NCBI RefSeq assembly: GCF_041956535.1
Contig: NW_027192202.1
Location: forward strand, 728,870-792,869
Reading direction: 5' to 3'
DNA: 64,000 bases
From: Calcarisporiella thermophila CBS 279.70
Lineage: Eukaryota; Fungi; Calcarisporiellomycota
The translations under genes were made by a program, and so were the position numbers. Shown here piece by piece: positions 12,186 to 22,945 of the stretch (positions are counted from its first letter, which is position 1; each line of letters begins with the position of its first letter). The notes below the pieces were generated by a model. The model saw nothing but the letters and a program-made list of their open reading frames with translations, had not been told where the DNA came from and did not search any database.

Positions 12186-12880
12186 AGTGATTTTAATCTT
12201 GAAGTGCTAGATTGAAAGATATATATGTGTAGAAGCCCTTTTTCGTGATTGTGAAATCAGAAAAAAATACGGGAATCCCGCATTAGGAATATCTGAATCG
12301 TATTTTTATACCAAAGAAAGAGTGCAGCAAAGTCCGAGCAAATCCTTTGGTTCAAGGTTGATACCAGCCTCGGGTTAGCCTACACATGGTATCTGTCCAA
12401 TATTCAAGGGCCTCAGACCAACTCCATTCCTCTCACCTTGAGCGAAACTGTGCAAGTAGACCATAGCTAAGGATCATAATATCTGAAGAGGAATGCTCTA
12501 TCGCTATCCATGACTTTATAATCGCTTCTGTCTGAGTGTAGTTTGATACTGCTGCAGCCAAAAACGTGATATTAAGCAACGAAGTGTGCTTCTAAGCGAC
12601 ACATAGAGGCTACACTTTCACTTGCACTGAACACCTTCTAGCCTAGGAGAACACAGTGAACTCATGTTTGAGCAAGTCTCAAGACGTTTAATAGTCACAT
12701 AATAATTCCATATTGGTGTCAATTGAAGTATCGGATATCCATCATCTATAAATCGAAAATTATGTGGAGATAATTATACTAGTGCAATAAAATGAATGAC
12801 CCCAAACTTAAATTAGATATTCCAAGCCGTTTCCTACCCCCATCCTACCCCTCTCCGCAATCCCTTAAAAAAGGTTGTAT

Positions 12881-15514
12881 TTACACGGAAAGCATCAAGC
12901 CCACCTCCACCAAGTTCTCAAATGGAATTCCAAGCAGGTCTTCGAGAGCCTGTCCACTGGCGCCACCTTGGTCAAAAGCACCAAACACCCTTTCAAGCAT
13001 GAGTCGCCGCAGCGTACTTGAACCGGTGCGGGCACAGAGTGTGATTCGGCCCAACACAAATGTAACGCCGAGATTGGCTGCTCGGTGGATCGTGCTCACC
13101 TCTCTTTCTATCCCCTCAGACAACGCTTTCTCGGTCTTTTTATGAGACTCCTCCCTGGAACTCGATAATAGCGGAGTCGTAAAGAGTGGCCCACTCCGCA
13201 ACATCTTTTCAATTTCCTCTACACATCGCCTTGCCAGCTCCAGGCCATCCTCCTGCAGTCGATCCAAGTATCCAATCCGAAGAGTGCACCGGTAAAAGTG
13301 CTGGAGCGGCAGCCGCGTCACAAGCAAACGCTCGCGCGGGTGAACATAGGGGATGGCTACGTGGTGGACATGCAGCATCAGCACAACCTCGGGAATGGCA
13401 AAGAAATGGTTCACAAAATGACGAAAACTGAAAGGAATGCCATCCTCTGCGTCTGCGCAGAAAATCGCCATTCCCGGCGTTCGTATTGCCGTGACGCCGT
13501 TTTGGAGAAGGAGATTTTCAGTAGGATGCTTGTCAGTCATTTTTTTATCATGCGGCTTGCACCTGTCGTCCTTGCCAGCATCACCGAGCTTGACACGGTG
13601 GTTTTCATTCGTGTCCATTGTGTCTTCGTCAGCTTTGCTGGGGTCGGATGAGTAATTAGAGTACGATTGCTCCATAAACATGTGGTTGAACCGGCATTGG
13701 AACTTTTCCTCGTTTTGGGTCTTTAGACTTGACCCCCACCTCCATATGCCCATGATAATGGTGAGGATAATGGCAAGCGTCAATGGCAGCCAGCCTCCAT
13801 TGATAAACTTGAGGCAAGCGGATGACAGGAGGAGCCCGTCGATGAAGAGGAAAGTGACGGCAAAACTCCCGATGACCCAGTAGCTCAGATCCCAAATGAT
13901 ATTCATGACCAAGGAAACGAAAGTGGTGGTAAGGACCATTTCTCCTAGAGAGGATAGCACTGGATGAGAAAACAAGGTATCCAACAAAAGGACGAGGTAT
14001 TTACCCGCGACAGCCAGACCATATGCGTTCGTCAACCTAGAAGACTCCTTGAAAGTGATGACCACCAACAAACTCAGCGTCAGCAGCAGATATGAAACCA
14101 TGGGGATATACACCTGCCCACGAATTAATGAAGTATGCTTGATGCGCAATCGGGGGAAGCAATCGAGCGCAATCGCTGCGCGCACCAGTGAAAAGCAAGC
14201 CGAAATCATGGCCTGAGAGGCAATGATGGTCGCCATCGTTGCAAACGCAAACATGGGCCAGTATACGGCGTGAGGAACCGTGAGCCAGAAGGTATTTTCC
14301 ACGAGCGATGGGTCGTCCACCAGCCTTGCAGCTTGCCCCGCATACACCACAATGAGAGTCGGATACACCACTGCCATGCTAGACAGCTGGATCGCAGAGC
14401 GAGAAAAATGACCCATATCAGCAAATAATGCCTCCACGCCCGTGACTGCAAGCAGAACCCCGCCCAGCCGTTGCCAGGCGGAGCTGCCATTGTTTACGAA
14501 GAGCCGGATCAGGTACAAAGGATTGATGGCACGCATAATTTCGGGGTGATGCGTTATGTTATAGAGCCCCACGAAAAAGAGCAGGAGCAGCCAGCATGTA
14601 ACGATGGGTGCAAAAATGGAGGAAATCCGATCGGTTCCCATGCGCTGTGAGAGGAACAGGCAGGTGATCACAGTGCATGTCAGTGGCACAACGAGGGGTT
14701 GCAGAGAAGGAACTGAATGCATAGGATGGATTAGCACTGAGGAACTTTGAAACCAGGCATTGAAGGCAGTATTACCTTTGATTTCCAGGCCCTCTACCGC
14801 CGCAAGAACAGAGACTGCAGGCGTCAGCAAACCATCGCCGACCATCAAAGCAGCCCCAAAGAGCACGGTCCCTCTCAGCAAGGTTTGGAGGCGGCGGCTC
14901 TTCGAAAGGAGTTGGCGAAGAGGATTGCGACGCGAGAAGTCACCCGTATCATAGTTGGTGAGGGTGAGGTCGTGAAGATCCAGTTTCCCTTTCACGGGAA
15001 TATCGCAATGCCTAAGTGAGAAAAGATATGAGAGACTGGAACTTCGTAATTCCCACACTTGAGATTACCTGCACAGCAGCGAAAACAGGGAGAAAATGCC
15101 CCCCTCACCATTATCGTCACATTGAAGCACAATCAATGAATACTTAACCACCAGAATAAGTGTTAAGGACCAGAATATCAACGAAAAAGACCCGTATACA
15201 TCTTCTTTTTCTGGAACCGTGGAGAAGACGGCGGAGAATACATAGAGAGGAGAAGTTGTGATATCACCTACGTATTAATAGAAACCGCACACTCAACAAT
15301 GGTCCATCATCCTCCCCTCTACACTGATTCTAATCCAAATACCATAAATAATTCCTATGCTCTTGTATGCGAGGACTAATACGTTGGCATAAGATAGAGG
15401 CTAGAGGCAACATTCATTGGATCGGTTTAGAATAATGGTGAAATGGAATGGCAATATATTATCATAGAGAATCACCTGCCCGTAATGATCGGCAAGCTCA
15501 AAATCAATATTCAT
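12881..15514 (-). CDS. KUP/HAK/KT potassium transporter, multi-exon
   Basis: [88 protein letters not shown]. Confidence 0.95.
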
Positions 15515-15721
15515 TCCCTGACGAAACACAGACTTGGGGAAATGAAGGAGGGGAAAGATTTCACGGACAGCTCTTAATATTTCTAACACCTCAGATCAAA
15601 TTGGATTTTTATTGTGGCCAATCGATAAAGAGGGTAAATGTACAGTTTCCATTTGCATCGAAAATGCCTCTTATGTTCTGTCAAACCGAAATTTTCACGA
15701 GATCCCACCTCAGATCGCAGT

Positions 15722-16420
15722 ATGTCATTTGAGAAGCCGAATCCATCATCGTCCTCGTCATCAAAGAGAGATTGGGATGCGATTCTTTCCGCTAGCTCTA
15801 CCACCAAGGCCACTTCGCGTCCCAGCACGTCCTTACGGCAGCCCTTGCGCAGTTCGGCAGGAACAGGGGACGGAGCCAATCTTGAATACACTCAATTTAG
15901 TGAAGGATCGAGTTCTCATACATACCCATTCCTACACCATGTCCATCGCTCTATACCTCCCCATCCAGCTGCTCTGCAGTGTGCTTCTTCATTCTCTCGA
16001 GAGTTCAATGACGGCTCTGAAGTGGCCGATTTTCTATCGCGAGGAACTTCTTACACCGATATGATCTATAATCTAAATGAAGACTTGCATACGACAGCAA
16101 ATCGCCCATCGCGCCAACTCGTTAATCAATTCCTCGAAGGACTGATCCTGCAGGATGATATCGTCGAGTATCTCCGTGGTATGACATACACCGATGATGT
16201 GCATCAGCTTCCGGAGTATATGCAAGAGTTGGTAGGAGAGGCACGAAATGAATCTTTGCAACAGCAAGAAGGGGAAATGCAGCAGCAGCAGCAGCAAACC
16301 CTAGGAAGGGCTCTGCAACGCTTAAATATGCTGAGAGATCATTTGAGGGAGAATGTTGGAGCCAAAGGAATCGCAGGGATGCAGGATGCTGATTTGGAAC
16401 AAGTATGGACACTTTTTTAA
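15722..16420 (+). CDS. Uncharacterised protein (~232 aa) with an internal repeat and a short poly-Q
   Basis: Intronless ORF with protein-like composition, divergent from the KUP gene. ATG 15722 preferred over the TTG/GTG-type start used in the ORF track. Confidence 0.7.
   Translation: MSFEKPNPSSSSSSKRDWDAILSASSTTKATSRPSTSLRQPLRSSAGTGDGANLEYTQFSEGSSSHTYPFLHHVHRSIPPHPAALQCASSFSREFNDGSEVADFLSRGTSYTDMIYNLNEDLHTTANRPSRQLVNQFLEGLILQDDIVEYLRGMTYTDDVHQLPEYMQELVGEARNESLQQQEGEMQQQQQQTLGRALQRLNMLRDHLRENVGAKGIAGMQDADLEQVWTLF
16280..16297 (+). repeat. (CAG)5CAA coding microsatellite (poly-Q)
   Basis: Read directly from the sequence. Confidence 0.9.
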
Positions 16421-16821
16421 ACGAAATCAAGAGATGGCTGGGGGGAGAGTGTTTTGTATTATACACACATGTCTTTTATTCCTTTGTTGTTTGGATCCTG
16501 GGAGGTGTATATTGGTTGTTTTTTTTTTCTCTCATTTTTCGCACGTTCTGTTCTCCTTTAATTTTTTTAAATTTGAATTCCATACCCTAAGCTGTGAACC
16601 TTTTTGACAAAATCGGACTCACTATCGGGGCCCCAAAGATTATTTGAGATTGCGTAACCCAACGTTTTAAAATCAAGTGTAAACAAATGAGGGTATAAAA
16701 GCTGCGCTCGATGCGATGCTTGTTTCCCTTGGACCTCCCTCCAACTTCTCTCACACTCAAAACTTTCCCCCTGTTTTAACGACTTTTATTTTTTTTTTCC
16801 GAGTTTACTCAACCCATCATC

Positions 16822-17727
16822 ATGACTCCCCCTCAGATCCCCTACAAAGTCGCCGACATTTCGCTCGCTGCCTTCGGACGCAAGGAAATCGAGCTGGCGG
16901 AAAACGAGATGCCTGGCCTTATGGCCATCCGTGAGAAGTACGGTCCCTCTAAGCCTTTGAAGGGTGCTCGCATTGCCGGATGCTTGCACATGACCATCCA
17001 AACCGCCGTTCTTATCGAGACCCTGTTGGATCTTGGTGCCGATGTTGCCTGGTCATCCTGCAACATCTTCTCCACCCAGGACCACGCTGCCGCCGCTGTG
17101 GTCGTTGGCCGCCCCAACAGCTCCCCCGTTCCGGTGTTCGCCTGGAAGGGTGAGACTGACGAGGAATACCTGTGGTGCATCGAGCAAACCCTCACTGCTT
17201 TCAAGGACAACCAGCCCTTGAACATGATCCTTGATGACGGAGGTGATTTGACCAACTTGGTCCATGAGAAGTATCCTCACTTCCTCTCTGGTATCAAGGG
17301 ATTGTCTGAGGAAACCACCACCGGTGTGCACAACCTGTACCGCATGTTCAAGGAGGGTCGTCTCCGCGTCCCCGCCATCAACGTCAACGACTCCGTGACC
17401 AAGAGCAAGTTCGACAATCTTTACGGGTGCCGCGAGTCCCTCATCGACGGTATCAAGCGTGCCACCGATGTGATGATTGCCGGAAAGGTTGCCGTGGTTG
17501 CCGGATACGGTGATGTCGGAAAGGGCTGCTCTGCTGCTCTCCGTGGCATGGGTGCCCGTGTCATCGTGACCGAGGTTGACCCCATCAATGCTCTGCAGGC
17601 CGCCATGGAAGGCTACGAAGTGACAACGATGGAGGATGCCGTTGCCGAGGGCAACATCTTCGTCACCACCACCGGATGCCGTGACATCATCACCGGCGTT
17701 CATTTCGAGCAGATGAAGGACGACGCT

Positions 17728-17759
<32 letters not shown>

Positions 17760-18144
17760 GCTTGACGTTGCTTGGCTCAAGAACAACGCCGTTGAGCGTG
17801 TCAACATCAAGCCCCAGGTGGACCGTTTCACCCTGGCCAGTGGTCGTCACGTCATCCTCCTTGCCGAGGGTCGCCTTGTCAACTTGGGCTGTGCCACCGG
17901 CCACCCCTCCTTCGTCATGTCCAACTCGTTCTCCAACCAGGTGCTTGCCCAGATTGCCCTGTGGACCGACAACGCCTCCTACCCCTTGGGCGTCCACATG
18001 CTCCCCAAGCAGCTCGACGAAGAGGTGGCCCGCTCGCATCTTGCCAAGCTCGGCGTGAAGCTCACCAAACTCAGCGACAAGCAGGCCGCCTACCTTGGTG
18101 TTTCGCCCAGCGGCCCCTTCAAGCCTGAGCACTACCGCTACTAG
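16822..18144 (+). CDS. SAH1: S-adenosylhomocysteine hydrolase
   Basis: Intronless 440 aa: [72 protein letters not shown]. Strong C-ending codon bias. TATAAAA near 16694. Confidence 0.99.
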
Positions 18145-21003
18145 ATATCGTTCCCTTTATGCGAAAAGGGGGGTTGTTCGTGCGAGGAGATGCATTCAAC
18201 ATGCGTCTCCCTATGTTCTAAAGAAAAAAAAACCCTATGGCCAAAAAATTTTATGTCTTATTGAAATTCTTTGTATATAATTTTTTGCATTCCCCTTTTT
18301 CATCCTGACATTCAACATGTTATACTATCTAATATGAATTAAAGTTAAATTATTAGAAAGGCTGCTTTGCTGCCATAAGAAGGTCATTTGACAAACACGT
18401 CCTCCTGCCGACTTCTCCGGCCGGGATTGGACTCCATAAACTCCCTCCCCCTCTAATCCGAGGTGGATCTCGACTTCTTCACGTTGATCCTCTTCTTCGC
18501 GTCCAGCCCCGGAATAGGCACGTGAAACTTATTTTTTTTTTCGATCTTTTTGCCTGCCATAGTTCCTATGGGCATTACTTCTCTCTATTCAGCTCAAGTC
18601 TAAGTTTGTTTTTCGCTGGCTCCGGGCGGGCCTATATTGAGAAATGCCCTAGCGGCCGATCGGCATACCATCGCGACCGAGGAAGATCGAACAAGGGGAG
18701 CGGCAGTGGATCAGGCGAAGTCCTCCCCTTCTGAAACCCCACTATTAAGGCGTGGCACTAGGTTATGCTCCTTCGGGTCCCACCACGACTACAACCCATG
18801 TGGAAGGCAAGCTCGACCACTCCTATGCCCTTGCCTCGAGGACTGTGTCCGTACCCAGGAGCACGACGAGAAGCAAGGGCCCCCGATTGGCGCCCCTCGA
18901 ATGGCCCAACAAAGTGGCCGAAGACGGCAGCGCTTCGGCAAGAGAATTGTCACTTTGTGACCTTTTGCCCGTGCCTGTCATCGCCAGGGCCTCCGTCACG
19001 TTTCCGCCCTCCTCGCCCCTTCTCGAGAGAAGGGGTGGCGGGTTTCTCCGCAGCGAATTGGCTCGAGAAGATTGACACTCCGCCTGCGGGTGCGAATGAC
19101 GCTGCACAATATCAACCACGTTCAACATAGCCGTGCCACCTCTCCCTCGGCCGCCCACTCCGGCTTGTGGCCATTTAGAGTCTGGCATTGACTCATCCTG
19201 TTGAAGAAAGTTTCAACCGCAAAGTAGATTCGATCTTGATAATCTTTCAGGAGGGGGGGCGCATGCCTCGAATTCTCTGGCAATAAGCTTCAAAGCCTAA
19301 TTTCTTCGTTACGCTTTATCCCTTGAGAACGAGAGGCGGCATACTGTAGGGTTAGGTAATACCGATTCATCTCCACTTTTCTGACGTTGGGGAAATAGGT
19401 TAGGAAGCGCGGAGATAGCAGCACTTTGACGGGAAAAAAATTCATATGGTCATTTTTTAAAAGAGGATGAGAATTTTTTTATCCCTGAAGACGGAAAGTA
19501 TTCAGGTTTTACATTTCTTCCAGAAGCCGCATGATTAAGGCCAAAGGAAAAAAAAAAAAAAGAAACCTTCAACAGGTCACGTTACTCGAATGGCGGCTCA
19601 TTGTAGGTTCTCGATGGCCACGACGTATGGAAGATCGGGCGAACCTCAGTAGACATCTCACTGAAACGCGCCGTGGAAAATTGTACCGTCGTTATCAGCT
19701 ATCGTTTGGGAACAGTCCAGTGTCCCAAGGAGTTTTTGGCGAACAGTCCGCCAGAAAATGGAGAGCAAACTCCATACGCTGGTAGAGTCGAATGCCGCTC
19801 TTCTCTAGTTGGAAGGATGACTCCTCCATGGCTCGTTTGAGTCATGGAGCATTATCGCCAATGCACGTCAAATACTTCAATGCATTGCTCAAGAGGAGAG
19901 GGTGGCTAGGAATCTGCCTAGGGCAGAAGGCTGGCGACTGCGGCGCAAACCGAGTGAACTCTGATAGCTCCGAAGGCAAAAAGAACTATCTCTGATATCG
20001 ATTATCCTCAGATAATTCTAGCCAAGGTTGACAAATCTCAGGTAGCAATGGAAGGCAGAGCATGAAAAATAGAATACGAACTGTGCAAATAAGGTTATCA
20101 ATTCTGGAATGGTGGAAATGACTGGAAATCGGCACTAATGTTTTTCCAAGATCCTGCTCTCCTCGATAACTCTACCGCGGCGCATTCTCAAGATCGGATC
20201 GCTCCTATGACGAGCGCAGTGGTCGCTAAGGAGGGCCTTGCTCTCCGGACTAGCTAGGTTATCCCGAGATACTGACTTACCAACCAAAAACCTTAAGGGA
20301 AAGCCACCCCCAACGGTTGGGCAGCTGCGAGGTGCCGCCGGCCCAGCGGGCATGGCGCAACGCACACCCTCTGATAAGTCCCAAAGGGGGCGGCTAGGTT
20401 GAGGGCACGGCCGCGCTGAATGAGCTCTCGCCGCTCTCCCCCTCGGCTACGGAGAGGAGAAAGCAGTCAATGCGGCTCTGTTTGCCTAATTGGGCAGATA
20501 GAGTTTCTCTAGAGCTAACCATGTGAGCAGCGATAGACAGAGAAGAAGAGGGCTAGCCGGCCTCTTTCCTAATCCACTGGAGAACTCTAAACACCACTGG
20601 GAACCATTGGAGTGCTGCGGGGCCAACGGCCATAGGCGGATCCAGCGAGGAAATAGCGTTTTTCGTATCTCCTCCACAAACTTGTTGAACGCATGAGTAG
20701 GACATGGTCACGTCGAATTTCATTAAAAAAACCGGCGAGTAGCGACGGGCGACAAAACCTCTTGAACCATATCTGTACTCGCCTGTATAACGATAATATC
20801 CCACCCTAATCTTCTTCTTAGTGTTTCAAGCTAAATTTTTTAAGCTTCTGAAGTCGAGATTGGCGCAATCCGTCCAAGAAGCGCTATATAAACCTCGCGC
20901 ATTTTCCCAAGCGCTAAGAATCTTGCTCTCCCCCCCTCCCCCCGCCTCCCCCTCCGCGCTACCGCCCTACCCAAAAAATCGCCCCCCTTATCCCCCCGTT
21001 AGC

Positions 21004-22945
21004 ATGGGCATCGCGTGAGTATGATGAGTTTAATTCAAATTAGAATTCAATACTAATGGTGTGGCCACACGGGCCGGCCGGATCGTTCCAGAGATACCCT
21101 CGAGAACTCGCCGCTGTTCCGCCTGTATAGGCGGCCCGCCATGCAGGTAGCCCTGCTAGGCTTTATCTTCTTTTGCTGCCCAGGTATGTTCAACGCTGTG
21201 AACGGCTTGGGGGCAGGAGGTCAGGTGAACAAGGACAAGAGCATTGCCTCGACCATGAATGCCTGCGTGTACGCCTTCTTCGCCATCGTTGGGTTTATGG
21301 CCGGCGGTATCGTCAACATCGTGGGCCCGCGCATCACCATCTTTGTAAGTAGCTGGCTCTTCATTGGCTCCCCTAGTCCCTCCACTTACTCCCCTCTCCC
21401 CCTCTCTACTGCAGCTGTCAGGGTGGACCTATGTCATCTATATTGCTGCTTTCTACCACTACTCTTTCACCCAAAACGGAACCTTCAACATCATTGCTGG
21501 CATTCTCCTTGGTATTGGAGCCGGTTGCATCTGGACGGCTCAGGGCGCGTTGATGATGAGGTGCCCCCCCCCCCCCTTTTCTCTTCCTTTTCTCCCTTTC
21601 AATGAAGGGTTCTCACCAAGATCTCGATGGCTATTCTCTTAGTTATCCTAAGGAGGACTCGAAGGGACGTTATGTCGCTATCTTCTGGGCCATCTTCAAC
21701 ACCGGCGGTGTGGTCGGTTCTCTTATTTCCCTCGCCATTAATGCTGGCAGCAATACCGTCGCACCCATCACAAGCTCGACTTACATCACCTTCATCGTGA
21801 TTACCGCGGTTGGGACCACTTGCGCCATTTTCCTTCTTCCTCCCAACTGGGTGCGTCGGAAGGATGGTTCCCGAGCTGTCCTGGTCAAGCATCCGAATTG
21901 GATCAAGGAATCCATTGAGATCTTCAAGCTCGTCACGAACAAAAAGCTCATGCTTCTATTCCCCATGTTCTGGTACAGCAATTGGTTCTATGCCTATCAG
22001 TTCGGTATCAACGAAGCTTACTTCAGCAGTAAGTATCCTTAGTGTCTCTATGGCTTCCTCTCTTCCTCTTCCTTCTCCCGTCAAATGTTAATAGCCGAAA
22101 TACTGATGAAGCATTTTTTCTGCCCATTTGTTCCCTCTCCTCTTCTCGATAGCTCGAGCTCGCTCCCTTAATGGTATGCTCTACTGGTTTGCACAGATTA
22201 TAGCTAGTATTTTGTTCGGACGCTTGCTTGACTACGAGCGTTTCACTCGTCGCACAAGAGCCTTCATTGGTCTAGTGGCCGTATTTGTCAGTTTGGTTGC
22301 GGTGTTTGGCGGAGGAACGGCGTGGCAGTTGACCTTCTCCGAGCCGAACGTTGGTGTCGACTGGACGGACCCGCGGTTCCCTGGCCCGATGATTAACTAC
22401 ATGCTCTATGGGTTCTGCGACGCCATGTACCAAGTATACTGCTACTGGTTGATGGGCGCCCTCACTAACGATCCCCAAAAGCTTGCTCGATACGCCGGTA
22501 TGGATGGAAACCGTTTCCACCATTCCCATCCATCCTGCTCTCTTTCTAACTAATTTTTCTTTCCTTGGGGTGATGGCATTTAGGTTTCTACAAGGGAGTG
22601 CAAAGTGCTGGTGCCGCCGTGACCTGGGCCATGGGTGGAAAGATTACGATGATGAATGAGCTCATCGTCAACTGGGCTCTCTTGATCTTCTCTGTGATCC
22701 CCGCTTTCTTCGTGTGCCAGGGGATCACGGAAACCAACTATGGTGCCGAGGAATACGATTTGGAATTGAAGAAGCAGCTTGAATTGGAGAAACTAGGGGA
22801 GCTTCCCAAGTCAGAGGACGACAAGTTGGAGCAAGGCAAGACGGAGGTGCCCGACCTGTCGGATAAGATTGAAGAATCTTCCCCTGCGCAAGAACAAGCC
22901 CAGGTCCAAAAGCAAGGAGAGGAGGAGGAGGAGGAGAAGAAGTAA
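21004..22945 (+). CDS. UNC-93-like (DUF895) MFS transporter, NGT1/NOPE1-like subfamily, multi-exon
   Basis: QVALLGFIFFCCPGMFNAVNGLGAGG, WTAQGALMMSYP, KGRYVAIFWAIFN, FWYSNWFYAYQF, YWLMGALTND...RYAGFYKGVQSAGAAV. TATAAA near 20887. Confidence 0.9.

Noticed and set aside
12231-12243. AAAAAGGGCTTCT on the minus strand, identical to the 5' end of human U11 snRNA as I recall it
   Set aside because: It runs straight into the LAMTOR5 5'UTR and ATG, with no Sm site or U11 stems downstream.
12284-12292. ATATTCCTA (minus), the snR30/U17 m1 motif
   Set aside because: No partner m2 motif (AAACCAT) or H/ACA hairpin downstream on that strand.
12443-12495. Hammerhead-like cores GAAAC and CTGAAGA; U3-like GACCATA...GGATCAT
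   Set aside because: Stems I/II and the NUH site do not form properly, and U3 boxes B/C/D are absent.
17053-18132. 359-aa antisense ORF over SAH1
   Set aside because: Expected shadow of strong C/G-ending codon bias.
19347-19356. TAGGGTTAGG as a possible telomerase RNA template (minus strand)
   Set aside because: A 10-nt match is roughly expected by chance in 64 kb, and I saw no downstream pseudoknot.
22033-22040. GTATCCTT / ATATCCTT U12-type donor look-alikes (here and near 63750)
   Set aside because: The reading frame requires the adjacent donors, and there is no U12 branch site (TCCTTAAC).
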